Shown in pieces: positions 8,387-18,328 of a stretch of DNA of 35,385 nucleotides (position 1 is the stretch's first letter; each line of letters opens with the position of its first letter). Origin of the DNA: Bacteroidales bacterium (lineage in GTDB: Bacteria > Bacteroidota > Bacteroidia > Bacteroidales > CAIWKO01); assembly GCA_035389045.1 (NCBI GenBank), contig DAOORA010000047.1, forward strand, positions 1 through 35,385. The letters run 5' to 3'. Position numbers and translations under genes: made by a program. The notes beneath the pieces are model-generated. The model made no database searches, had not been told where the DNA came from, and saw only the letters and a program-made list of their open reading frames with translations.

Positions 8387-10879
8387 ATGGAGCGTATCAC
8401 CCTTTTTGCCGATGTCATTCTCCCGCTGCCCTTACCCGGTTTTTTTACCTACCGGGTGCCTTATGAACTGAACAATGCTATAAAACAAGGGGTAAGAGTG
8501 GTCGTGCAGTTTGGTAAAAAAAAGATATACACCGCATTAGTCTATCGAATACATGAAAATGTCCCGCTTGACTATCAGGCAAAATACATTTTATCTGTCC
8601 TGGATGATTTTCCGGTTGTCAATGCGTTACAATACAGCTTCTGGGACTGGATCTCAAAGTATTATATGTGCCGTCCGGGCGAAGTGATGAACACGGCCCT
8701 TCCCTCCTCCCTGAAACTCGAAAGCGAGAGCTGCGTGGCGCTAAATCCGGCATTCGACAAGAATTTCGGGGAACTGAATGAAAAAGAATACCTGATTGCA
8801 GAAGCCCTCGAAATCAGGCAGAAACTTACCTTAACAGAGATTTCCAACATCATTGAACAGCAGAAGATCATCCCCCTGCTGAAAAACATGATGGAAAAGA
8901 ATATTATTCTTCTCGAGGAAGAACTGCACGAAAAATTCAAACCACGTACAGAAGTCTGTGTTAAACTTTGCGACAAGTACCATGATGACATACAGCTCCA
9001 CAAAGCCTTTGATGAATTAAACCGGAAAGCATACAAACAGCTGGAAGTGCTGATGGCTTTTATTCAATTGACGCGTGATGCCGACCATCCTGCACCCCAT
9101 ATCAGCCGGACGTTGCTTCTTGAAAAATCAAAGGCCGCAACTTCACAGATTCATGCGCTGATAAAAAAAGGCATCTTTGAGACCTATACTATAAACCAGA
9201 CAAGACTGAAGGATTTTGAATGTACCGATCCTGTTGATTCTATTATACTTACTGATGAACAGGAACGCGCTATGGATGAAATCAAAACCCATTTTAGTAA
9301 TAAAGATGTGGTGCTGCTTCATGGCATAACTTCGAGCGGTAAAACAGAAATTTATATCAAACTTATCAGTGAAACACTCGCTCAGGGCAGACAGACTCTG
9401 TTCCTTTTGCCCGAAATAGCCCTGACCACCCAGATCATCAACCGCCTGAGGAAGTATTTCGGCAAGGAAGTCTGCGTTTATCATTCAAAATACAGCAACG
9501 AAGAACGGGTGGAAATATGGAACAGGGTGTTAGGCGATAATAACGAAAACGGCCTGAACAGTAAGCAGTATAAGGTTATTTTAGGCGCCCGCTCAGCCCT
9601 GTTCCTGCCGTTCAGCAATCTCGGGCTGGTCATTGTAGATGAAGAACACGACACCTCGTATAAGCAGGCCGATCCCCCTCCACGCTATAATGCACGCGAT
9701 GCGGCTATTGTCCTTGCCCGTATGCATCAGGCAAAGACCTTACTCGGCTCAGCAACACCGGCTGTGGAAACCTATTACAATGCACTGAGCGGAAAATACG
9801 GGATAGCGGAACTCAACAAAAGATACGGAGATATGCTGTTGCCTGAAATCATCATCGCCAATATCAAAGAGCAGACCCGTCAGAAAAAAATGAAGTCCCA
9901 TTTTTCAGAAACTTTGTTCAACCTGGTAAATGAAGCATTAATAAACAAGGAACAGGTTATCCTTTTCCAGAACCGCAGGGGCTATTCAACGCGCATTGAA
10001 TGCAGCGACTGCAACTGGGTTCCCGGATGCAAAAATTGTGACGTAACCCTGATCTACCACAAACATATCAACCTGCTCAAATGCCATTATTGCGGCTATA
10101 CGCTGGCCATCCCGGAAACCTGCCCTGCCTGCAACAGCAGAAATCTGCATACCAAAGGGATGGGCACCGAGCGCATCGAAGAAGAAACCGAACTGGTGTT
10201 CAGCGGCGCCCGTATTGCACGTATGGACCTTGATTCGACCCGAACCAAAAATGCGTACCTCCAGATATTAAATGATTTTGAAGACCGAAAAACCGACATA
10301 CTCATTGGTACTCAGATGATCACCAAAGGCCTGGATTTTGACAACGTAAACATTGTGGGCATATTAAATGCCGACAACATGCTCAATTTTCCCGATTTCA
10401 GGGCACACGAACGCAGTTTTCAGCTTATGGCTCAGGTAAGCGGACGTGCCGGACGCCGCAACAAACGCGGAAAAGTAGTCATACAAACCTATAACCCGGA
10501 ACATCCGATTATTAAATTGGTTTTAGACCATAATTATTTAGAAATGTGCACCCAACAACTCCGGCAGCGTCAGCAATTCCACTATCCTCCTTACAGCCGC
10601 CTCATCCAGATAACTCTCAGGCATCAGGATAGCAACAAACTCAATGAAGCCGCATCTTACCTGGCACAAAACCTCAGGAGGACGTTCGGAAAAAAAGTTT
10701 TCGGCCCGGAATACCCTATGGTTTCGCGCATCCGTACCTATTACCTCAAAAACATCCTTATCAAACTCGACCGCGACAATGCTATCCCTGCCCACAAAGA
10801 AACTATATTACGGCTTGTGGATGAATTCAATAAAAAATTCTCATCGGTGAAAGCAGCTATTGATGTAGATCCGAACTAG
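8387..10879 (+). CDS. priA: Primosomal protein N' (replication-restart helicase)
   Basis: GITSSGKTE Walker A, DEEH, GSATP, NRRG, four CxxC pairs, GTQMITKGLDF, QVSGRAGR. Confidence 0.96.
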   Translation: MERITLFADVILPLPLPGFFTYRVPYELNNAIKQGVRVVVQFGKKKIYTALVYRIHENVPLDYQAKYILSVLDDFPVVNALQYSFWDWISKYYMCRPGEVMNTALPSSLKLESESCVALNPAFDKNFGELNEKEYLIAEALEIRQKLTLTEISNIIEQQKIIPLLKNMMEKNIILLEEELHEKFKPRTEVCVKLCDKYHDDIQLHKAFDELNRKAYKQLEVLMAFIQLTRDADHPAPHISRTLLLEKSKAATSQIHALIKKGIFETYTINQTRLKDFECTDPVDSIILTDEQERAMDEIKTHFSNKDVVLLHGITSSGKTEIYIKLISETLAQGRQTLFLLPEIALTTQIINRLRKYFGKEVCVYHSKYSNEERVEIWNRVLGDNNENGLNSKQYKVILGARSALFLPFSNLGLVIVDEEHDTSYKQADPPPRYNARDAAIVLARMHQAKTLLGSATPAVETYYNALSGKYGIAELNKRYGDMLLPEIIIANIKEQTRQKKMKSHFSETLFNLVNEALINKEQVILFQNRRGYSTRIECSDCNWVPGCKNCDVTLIYHKHINLLKCHYCGYTLAIPETCPACNSRNLHTKGMGTERIEEETELVFSGARIARMDLDSTRTKNAYLQILNDFEDRKTDILIGTQMITKGLDFDNVNIVGILNADNMLNFPDFRAHERSFQLMAQVSGRAGRRNKRGKVVIQTYNPEHPIIKLVLDHNYLEMCTQQLRQRQQFHYPPYSRLIQITLRHQDSNKLNEAASYLAQNLRRTFGKKVFGPEYPMVSRIRTYYLKNILIKLDRDNAIPAHKETILRLVDEFNKKFSSVKAAIDVDPN

Positions 10880-11053
10880 TCATGCGTGCAAGCACCTCAT
10901 ATAAAGAAAAAATATCTATATTCGACCTGAATTATCATAAAATATAAAAATAAGATGTAAATTGATTTTTATCAAAAGTCAGGCAACCACTTGTTGTTTT
11001 CCGGTGTTTCAATAACAAAAACGTTTTATAAACCAAACTAAACCTTATTAACT

Positions 11054-12829
11054 ATGAAAAAGATCAATGTTGTCTTGTTATTCATTGTGCTTTGTACAAT
11101 TAATGTATTCCCTCAAACATGTACGCTTCAATCCATATACTCTTCCCCCGCAAATGTGCAGGTGGAATTGACAATGACCGGTTTTACCGGCCAGGTAACT
11201 GCATTTCAATGGTCTATTGACTATGATCCGGCTATTTTGACTTATGTGAGCACGGGTAATTGGTTTCCCCCTATTTCTGGCGCTATTGTTGAAAACCCGA
11301 CTCCCGGAAAATTGAATTTTATCTGGGGTGATATGCCTGTTGCCGTCAATGGGATACTATGTAAAATAAATTTTACTTATAACGGGCCCGGCTGTTCTTA
11401 TTTAAACTTTACGAGTAATCCGGTCACCCAATTAGTCGCCGATGAATATTACAATACCTATTATGTAACATATGTAAACGGCCAAGTTTGCGGGGGGTCT
11501 TGTTCAGGGGCAAGCATCAGCACCCAGCCATCAAATCAGCATATGTGCGCTGTCTATGGCAACGCCGATATCTCTGTTACTGCAGCCGGCCCAGCGCCAT
11601 TCACTTATCAATGGCAATATTTTAATGGCTCCTCATGGATCAGTGTGTTAAACGGAACGCCCTCCGGTGCAGTTTATAGTAACGCAAACACAGCAACATT
11701 AAATGTAAGCGGAATCTCTGCCGCTAATACGTATAATTACCGGTGCTATATTACAAATTGCAGCGGCGCAAATAATGTAACCTCAAATGCGGCCACCCTG
11801 ACGGTGTATTCGAATCCTCCCGTACCTTCAATTACAGAAACCTGCATTGGCAGTGGCGTTACGCTGGCGACATCAGCCGGCGCTTCTTCCTATCTCTGGT
11901 CAAACGGAGACACTACCCAAAGCATTACTGTTACCACAGCGGGCAACTTTTCGGTGCAGACCAGCGATGCAAACGGGTGCAGTACGCAGTCGTTGCCCTG
12001 GTATGCCGGTTCATCCCTTCCTTTTAACATATGCATAGTAAGTGTTGACAGCATTTCAGGATATTTAAAAATAATCTGGAACGAGCCCCCTGCAAATGAC
12101 ATAGATCATATTAATATCTATATTGAAGGCGCTCAGCCCAATACTTTTAGCCTGCTGGATACGGTAAATTATTATTCACTGAGCGTTTACATCGACAGCC
12201 TGGCTGATCCGATGCAACAGGCCTACCGCTACAAAATATCAGCGGTTGACACCTGCGGTGTAGAAACAGTTTTAAGTAATCCCCACAAATCAATTCATCT
12301 GACAATCAGTCCGGGCACCTATGATCTGAACTGGACAAATTATGAAGGGTTTACGTTTGCTTCCTACCATATCTACCGGGGTACCAGCCCTTCAGATATG
12401 ACATGGCTGGCAACCGTACCCGATACCATTAACTTCTATACCGACCTTAATCCTCCGGCCGGAAATCTGTATTATCAGGTCGAAGCAGTGAATCCAACGC
12501 CTTGTAGCCCTTCAAAATCAAAAACTTATGCTGCAAAATCAAACAGAGTCCAAAATGAATCATGCGTTGGAATTAACACAACTGAGGCCCATAATTCTTT
12601 CAGGCTTTTCCCAAACCCTGCTGATGAATTGCTTACCATTATTTTTACTGAAAATATTGATTATAAGACTACTGCTGAAATATTCAGCATGGAGGGTAAA
12701 CTATTAAAATCCATTTCAATCAACCATAAGATCACACAAATGAATATATCGGATCTGCCATCCGGTGTTTTTATTATTAAAATAGCTGATAACAAAGGAG
12801 TTGCTGTCAGAAAGATCATTAAAAAATAA
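11054..12829 (+). CDS. Secreted T9SS type-A CTD protein with cohesin-like, Ig-like and FN3-like modules
   Basis: Signal peptide; FQWSIDYDPAILTY cohesin-like strand; ISTQPS...YQWQ...YRC Ig module; C-terminal LFPNPA...ISDLPSGVFIIKI...KIIK. Confidence 0.85.
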   Translation: MKKINVVLLFIVLCTINVFPQTCTLQSIYSSPANVQVELTMTGFTGQVTAFQWSIDYDPAILTYVSTGNWFPPISGAIVENPTPGKLNFIWGDMPVAVNGILCKINFTYNGPGCSYLNFTSNPVTQLVADEYYNTYYVTYVNGQVCGGSCSGASISTQPSNQHMCAVYGNADISVTAAGPAPFTYQWQYFNGSSWISVLNGTPSGAVYSNANTATLNVSGISAANTYNYRCYITNCSGANNVTSNAATLTVYSNPPVPSITETCIGSGVTLATSAGASSYLWSNGDTTQSITVTTAGNFSVQTSDANGCSTQSLPWYAGSSLPFNICIVSVDSISGYLKIIWNEPPANDIDHINIYIEGAQPNTFSLLDTVNYYSLSVYIDSLADPMQQAYRYKISAVDTCGVETVLSNPHKSIHLTISPGTYDLNWTNYEGFTFASYHIYRGTSPSDMTWLATVPDTINFYTDLNPPAGNLYYQVEAVNPTPCSPSKSKTYAAKSNRVQNESCVGINTTEAHNSFRLFPNPADELLTIIFTENIDYKTTAEIFSMEGKLLKSISINHKITQMNISDLPSGVFIIKIADNKGVAVRKIIKK

Positions 12830-12975
12830 GCTTTGCCTATCGAATAAAAGGTATGGTTGATAATTGAACTGTTTTAAATAATAAGTATCCGCGCGAACAG
12901 AGAGAATTCATTAATTGCTGATAACCTTATAGTTGTAAAATCAACAATTTGACAAAAGCTTTCTGAATTTCTGAT

Positions 12976-12983
12976 TATCTTTG
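12976..12983 (+). promoter_or_regulatory. -7 promoter element for the ABC exporter gene
   Basis: TATCTTTG ending 4 nt before the GTG start. Confidence 0.6.
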
Positions 12984-12987
12984 CCGG

Positions 12988-14811
12988 GTGAAAAAACTAT
13001 ACAAAATTTTACGGTTTGCCAGGCCTTACTGGAGAGAGGCCTTATATACCATTTTTTTCAATATCCTTTCTGTACTGTTTTCGGTGGTATCCTTCGTTTT
13101 GTTTATCCCGATGCTGAATATATTGTTCAAGCAAATCGGTATGGTATCCTCTGCCCCACCTCTTGAACTGACACCCGAATCCATAAAACTTAATTTTTAT
13201 TACTGGATCAGCTCTGTAATCCAGAACAGCGGAGAATTTGCCGCACTCATGTATATTTGTATTGCCATTGTTATTCTGTTTTTCCTTAAAAATTTCTTCC
13301 GCTATATGGCCATGTTTTTTTTGGCACCTATCCGAAACGGTGTGGTCAAAGACATACGCAACGAACTGTACCTGAAAATAATGATACTCCCCCTGGCGTA
13401 TTATACCGAACAACGTAAAGGAGATATCATGTCGAGAATGACCAACGATGTACAGGAGGTTCAGTGGACCATCATGACCTCGCTGGAAATGATTTTCCGT
13501 GAACCCATCGCCATCGTAACCTACCTGGTATCTATGTTTTTGATCAGCCCCCAGCTCACCCTGTTTGTCTTTGTCCTGTTCCCTGTCAGCGGGTTTATCA
13601 TAGCAAAAATAGGCAGCAGCTTAAAACGCACTTCGGCCAAAGGACAGGCCAAAATGGGGGAATTACTCTCCAACATTGAAGAAACCATCGGCGGCCTCCG
13701 TATTATTAAAGCTTTTAACGCTATAAATCCTGTCAACGAGCATTTCAAAGAAGTTAACAACAGCTATACCCGGCTTATGGTACGTCTTTTCCGCAAGCGC
13801 GACCTTGCCTCGCCCCTGAGCGAATTCATGGCTATAATTGTGGTGGGCGCTGTCCTGCTTTATGGCGGCACCTTAATCCTCTCAAAAGGTTCTCAGGAAC
13901 TTTCGGCATCAGTCTTCATCACCTACCTGGTTATGTTTTCGCAACTCATCAATCCGGTAAAATCTTTTACTGACGCTTATTCCAATGTGCAGAAAGGCGC
14001 CGCATCCGTCGAACGGATTGAACAGGTGCTCAATGCCGAAGAAGTCATTACAGAAAAACCTGATGCAAAACCCATCAAAGATTTTTCAAAATCTATCATA
14101 TATAATAATGTAAGTTTTACTTACGAAAAAGAAGAAGTTCTCCACAACATCAACCTGGAGATCAGCAAAGGTAAAACCATTGCGATAGTTGGCCCTTCCG
14201 GCGCCGGCAAATCAACTATAGTCGACCTGCTGCCTCGTTTTTATGATTGTACCGGAGGAGAATTATTGGTCGATGGTGTAAATGTTAAAGACTATATCAT
14301 CTCGGATCTGCGGCAGCTTATGGGCATTGTGACGCAGGAAACGATATTGTTTAATGATACGGTTTTCAATAACATTGCCTTCGGGATGGAGAAAGTGAAT
14401 GAAGCCGATGTGATAAGAGCTGCCCAAATCGCCAATGCGCATGGATTTATCTCACAGATGGAGAAAGGATATCAGACCAACATCGGCGACCGCGGCATGA
14501 AACTTTCGGGCGGGCAGAAGCAGCGGATAAGCATTGCACGTGCCGTACTGTTAAATCCCCCTGTGATGATCCTTGACGAAGCCACCTCATCACTCGATAC
14601 CGAATCGGAACGCCTTGTACAGGAAGCGTTGGAAAAACTGATGCAAAACCGCACCTCGGTCGTCATCGCCCACCGCCTTTCCACGGTTCAGTTTGCCGAC
14701 GAGATCATCGTGCTGCAAAACGGGCGTATCGTAGAACGCGGAACCCATAATGACCTCATAGCGCTCAAAGGCACGTATCACAGGCTCTGCGAAATGCAGA
14801 CCTTCACCTGA
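12988..14811 (+). CDS. MsbA-like ABC exporter (fused TMD and NBD)
   Basis: Hydrophobic N-terminal half; GPSGAGKST, LSGGQKQR, ILDEATSSLD, IAHRLST; GTG start. Confidence 0.93.
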   Translation: MKKLYKILRFARPYWREALYTIFFNILSVLFSVVSFVLFIPMLNILFKQIGMVSSAPPLELTPESIKLNFYYWISSVIQNSGEFAALMYICIAIVILFFLKNFFRYMAMFFLAPIRNGVVKDIRNELYLKIMILPLAYYTEQRKGDIMSRMTNDVQEVQWTIMTSLEMIFREPIAIVTYLVSMFLISPQLTLFVFVLFPVSGFIIAKIGSSLKRTSAKGQAKMGELLSNIEETIGGLRIIKAFNAINPVNEHFKEVNNSYTRLMVRLFRKRDLASPLSEFMAIIVVGAVLLYGGTLILSKGSQELSASVFITYLVMFSQLINPVKSFTDAYSNVQKGAASVERIEQVLNAEEVITEKPDAKPIKDFSKSIIYNNVSFTYEKEEVLHNINLEISKGKTIAIVGPSGAGKSTIVDLLPRFYDCTGGELLVDGVNVKDYIISDLRQLMGIVTQETILFNDTVFNNIAFGMEKVNEADVIRAAQIANAHGFISQMEKGYQTNIGDRGMKLSGGQKQRISIARAVLLNPPVMILDEATSSLDTESERLVQEALEKLMQNRTSVVIAHRLSTVQFADEIIVLQNGRIVERGTHNDLIALKGTYHRLCEMQTFT

Positions 14812-14823
14812 TGAGAAAAAAAT

Positions 14824-15267
14824 ATGAATCCTATTGATAAACGGATACTGAAACTGATCAGGAAACACCATATTTTTACTTTAGCCACTGCTGAAGACAA
14901 CAAACCTTATTGCAGTACGTGCTTTTATACATATATTGAACAAAAAAATGTTTTTGTTTTCATTTCTGAACATAAAACACGTCATATCGGTCAGGTCATG
15001 AAACAGCCGGTGGTGGCCGGATCCATAGCGCTGGAGACGCGCATCATCGGAAAAATAAGGGGGTTGCAGTTTACGGGAAAAATGACAGAGCTGAAAGATC
15101 AGGATTTACAGGCAGCACGAAAGGCATACCTGCTGAAATTCCCTTATACACTGCCCTTCCTGAAAGACACCCCGTTTTGGGGGATCACTCCCGATTTTAT
15201 AAAACTTACAGACAACCGTATGGGCTTTGGTACAAAACTCATATGGAGTGTTTTAGACCGGTTATGA
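14824..15267 (+). CDS. Pyridoxamine 5'-phosphate oxidase-like split-barrel protein (YhbP/UPF0306 type)
   Basis: HHIFTLAT...PYCSTCFY...TRH...IRGLQFTG...IKLTDNRMGFGTKLIW pattern. Confidence 0.8.
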   Translation: MNPIDKRILKLIRKHHIFTLATAEDNKPYCSTCFYTYIEQKNVFVFISEHKTRHIGQVMKQPVVAGSIALETRIIGKIRGLQFTGKMTELKDQDLQAARKAYLLKFPYTLPFLKDTPFWGITPDFIKLTDNRMGFGTKLIWSVLDRL

Positions 15268-15355
15268 ACTTTTTTATCAACAAACTTTCCTCCCCGGTAC
15301 GGCCAATAAAATTTTTCTTTCGTTAATAAAAAGCACAATTTGTTAATAAAATTGA

Positions 15356-15387
15356 CTTGTTTCACGGGACGACTTTGTATAATTTAG
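15356..15387 (+). promoter_or_regulatory. Putative promoter of the class II RNR gene
   Basis: CTTG (15356-15359), 20-nt spacer, TAATTTAG (15380-15387); a variant of TTTG-N19-21-TAnnTTTG. Confidence 0.45.
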
Positions 15388-15470
15388 CCATCCTTTTTCC
15401 CTAATCAAAAAAAGCAAATTTTAAAAAAATTTAACAATTAATTAATTATATTCCGAAAACTCATATATTT

Positions 15471-18173
15471 ATGGAAGAAAAGTTCTCGCCCTTTAACCTG
15501 GAAAAATCAGAAGAAGATCAAAAAGAACAAGACTACAGAACCGATTCGTCCTACAAAAAGTTTATTGAAAACCGTGTTGCACCGGAAATACCGGAAAGCG
15601 CATTCATAACTGAAGAAACCAAAAATACAGAGATGGGGACATCATCAGATCAAAAAATTTATTCTCATGAACTGGCATTAAAAAAAACAATCGAGTATTT
15701 CAAGGGGGATACCCTGGCCGCCGATGTATGGATCAATAAATATGCGCTGAAAAACAGCGACAGCGAACTGTTGGAATGTACTCCCGACGATATGCACCGC
15801 AGGATTGCAGGAGAAATTGCCCGTATAGAAAACAAGTATGAAAATCCAATGACTGAAGATCAGATCTTCGATCTTCTGAAAGATTTCAAATACATAATCC
15901 CCCAGGGAAGCCCCATGGCCGGAATAGGTAATGATTTCCAGATATCTTCACTCTCTAACTGCTTTGTTATCGGCAACGATACCCCCTCCGACTCCTATGG
16001 GGGAATAATGAAAACAGACCAGGAACAGGTACAACTTATGAAAAGACGCGGTGGCGTGGGACATGATCTGTCGCATATCCGCCCCAGCGGCAGCAAAGTA
16101 AAAAACAGCGCGCTGACTTCCACAGGAATCGTTCCTTTTATGGAACGGTACTCGAACTCAACCCGCGAGGTTGCACAGGATGGTCGCCGGGGCGCACTGA
16201 TGCTCAGCATTTCGATAAAACACCCAAATGTAGAAAACTTCATTGACGCCAAACTCGAACAGGGCAAAGTAACCGGCGCTAATGTTTCCGTGAAAATTGA
16301 CGATGAATTCATGCGCGCAGTAAAAAGCGGAGACCCTTACATACAAAAATACCCGATAAATTCTGACCATCCTTCCTGTACTAAAGAAACCGACGCAACA
16401 CAATTATGGAATAAAATCATCCATAATGCATGGAAATCTGCCGAACCGGGAATCCTGTTCTGGGATACCATACTCAGAGAATCCGTTCCCGACTCTTATG
16501 CCGATGTGGGTTTTACAACGGTTTCAACCAACCCCTGCGGCGAAATACCCCTATGCCCATACGATAGCTGCAGATTGCTGGCTATTAATCTGTACAGTTA
16601 TGTTGAAGAACCCTTTACCGAAAATGCGTATTTTAATTCGGATCTGTTTACAAAGCACATTTATTATGCACAGCGCATTATGGATGACATCATAGACCTC
16701 GAAGCCGAAAAAATTGACAGGATCCTTGCAAAAATCGATTCAGACCCGGAAGATGATGAAACCAAACAAATTGAACGAAGGCTCTGGGAAAAAATAAAAG
16801 ATAAGACCATGAAAGGACGGCGTACCGGTATCGGTATCACCGCCGAAGGTGATATGCTTGCCGCGCTTGGCTGCCGTTATGGTTCTGACGATGCAATAAA
16901 TTTCTCCGTTGAAGTTCATAAACAATTAGCCATTGTTGCTTACAGGGCATCCATGTATCTGGCCAAAGAACGCGGGCCTTTCCCTATATATAATGCTGAA
17001 AAAGAGAAAAACAACCCCTTCATTCAGCGTATCCGCGAAGCTGCGCCTATGGTTTACGACGATATGGTAAAATACGGGAGGCGCAATATTGCCCTGCTCA
17101 CCATTGCCCCCACCGGAACCGTGAGTATTTGTACTCAAACAACTTCAGGTATTGAACCGGCCTTTAAAGTTAACTATAAACGCCGCAGGAAAGTGAATCC
17201 CACCGACCAGAATGCCAAAATCACCTTTACTGACGAAACCGGTGATTCGTGGGAAGAATATAATGTGTTCCACCCCAAATTTTTAAAATGGTTGAAAATA
17301 AAAGGCTATGATGTTGAGGAGGTAAAACTTTATAGTGACGAACAACTTAACCCGATCATCAAAAACTCCCCTTATTACAAAGCAACAGCCAATGATATTG
17401 ACTGGCTGGCAAAGGTCAAGATGCAGGGCGCCATTCAAAAATGGGTTGACCACTCTATCAGTGTCACTGTCAATGTCCCGGCTGAAACTACCGAAGAAAT
17501 GGTGAGTAAAATTTATTATACCGCCTGGGAATCGGGTTGTAAAGGAATAACCATTTATCGTGATGGTTCCCGCGCCGGCGTTTTGGTTTCAGACACTCCC
17601 AAAAAGGACGACATCCTGGAATTCAGAGAAACACGTGCTCCCCAACGCCCCAAACGCCTCGAAACAGACGTGGTCCGTTTTCAGAACGATTACGAACAAT
17701 GGATTGCTTTTGTGGGACTTATCAATGGCAAACCCTATGAAATATTTACAGGTAAAGCCGACGATTTTTATTTACCCCCGTTTGTAAAAAAAGGCTGGGT
17801 GATAAAAAGCAAGGAAAACGACGACAACTCGCGTTATGACTTTCAGTATGAAGACAAACAGGGCTATAAAACCACCATTGAAGGACTATCCCGCTCTTTT
17901 GATGAAGAATACTGGAATTATGCCAAACTCATTTCCGGCATTTTACGTCACGGTATGCCGCTGCCTTATGCGGTAGAGCTTATCTCAAACCTGCGCCTCG
18001 ACAGCGACTCTATCAACACCTGGAAAAATGGCGTGGTAAGGGCATTGAAAAAGTTTATTCCCGAAGGCACCAAGGCACCGGACACCAAATGTCCCAAATG
18101 TGGTGCAGACTCAGTAATATATACCGAAGGCTGTTTGAAATGCACCAGCTGCGGCGAATCCAAATGCGGATAA
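15471..18173 (+). CDS. nrdJ: Adenosylcobalamin-dependent (class II) ribonucleoside-diphosphate reductase
   Basis: SNCFV, NPCGEI, SCRL, TIAPTGT, DHSISVTVN, KGITIYRDGSR; C-terminal domain with CPKC...CLKCTSCGESKC; no adjacent beta subunit; no intein seen. Confidence 0.92.
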   Translation: MEEKFSPFNLEKSEEDQKEQDYRTDSSYKKFIENRVAPEIPESAFITEETKNTEMGTSSDQKIYSHELALKKTIEYFKGDTLAADVWINKYALKNSDSELLECTPDDMHRRIAGEIARIENKYENPMTEDQIFDLLKDFKYIIPQGSPMAGIGNDFQISSLSNCFVIGNDTPSDSYGGIMKTDQEQVQLMKRRGGVGHDLSHIRPSGSKVKNSALTSTGIVPFMERYSNSTREVAQDGRRGALMLSISIKHPNVENFIDAKLEQGKVTGANVSVKIDDEFMRAVKSGDPYIQKYPINSDHPSCTKETDATQLWNKIIHNAWKSAEPGILFWDTILRESVPDSYADVGFTTVSTNPCGEIPLCPYDSCRLLAINLYSYVEEPFTENAYFNSDLFTKHIYYAQRIMDDIIDLEAEKIDRILAKIDSDPEDDETKQIERRLWEKIKDKTMKGRRTGIGITAEGDMLAALGCRYGSDDAINFSVEVHKQLAIVAYRASMYLAKERGPFPIYNAEKEKNNPFIQRIREAAPMVYDDMVKYGRRNIALLTIAPTGTVSICTQTTSGIEPAFKVNYKRRRKVNPTDQNAKITFTDETGDSWEEYNVFHPKFLKWLKIKGYDVEEVKLYSDEQLNPIIKNSPYYKATANDIDWLAKVKMQGAIQKWVDHSISVTVNVPAETTEEMVSKIYYTAWESGCKGITIYRDGSRAGVLVSDTPKKDDILEFRETRAPQRPKRLETDVVRFQNDYEQWIAFVGLINGKPYEIFTGKADDFYLPPFVKKGWVIKSKENDDNSRYDFQYEDKQGYKTTIEGLSRSFDEEYWNYAKLISGILRHGMPLPYAVELISNLRLDSDSINTWKNGVVRALKKFIPEGTKAPDTKCPKCGADSVIYTEGCLKCTSCGESKCG

Positions 18174-18182
18174 AATAAACCC

Positions 18183-18267
18183 TACCCAATCAATAGTTCA
18201 CAAGATCCTAATGTTTTAGGTTAATACCTGCAGGCTTTCATAAGAAAGTTACCACTTCGATTGGGTA
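18183..18267. repeat. 85-bp element bounded by 9-bp inverted repeats (possible MITE remnant or structured RNA)
   Basis: TACCCAATC (18183-18191) and GATTGGGTA (18259-18267); internal hairpins CCTAA/TTAGG and CTTTC/GAAAG. Confidence 0.5.
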
Positions 18268-18311
18268 TAAAAAAATCAGGGCAGGATTACTTGGTAATCC
18301 TGCCCTGATTT
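18268..18311 (-). terminator. Intrinsic terminator between convergent genes
   Basis: Perfect 18-bp stem AAATCAGGGCAGGATTAC-ttg-GTAATCCTGCCCTGATTT with a T-run on the minus strand; may be bidirectional. Confidence 0.85.
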
Positions 18312-18328
18312 ATGCATTTAATATATCA

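Noticed and set aside
9322..9348. PriA Walker A reading GITSSGKT rather than GxTGSGKT
   Set aside because: The TSSGKT variant is, to my knowledge, normal in Bacteroidota PriA.
15268..15470. Cobalamin riboswitch or NrdR boxes upstream of nrdJ
   Set aside because: AT-rich with no B12-box or paired NrdR-box consensus; only a short TTAATAAAA direct repeat.
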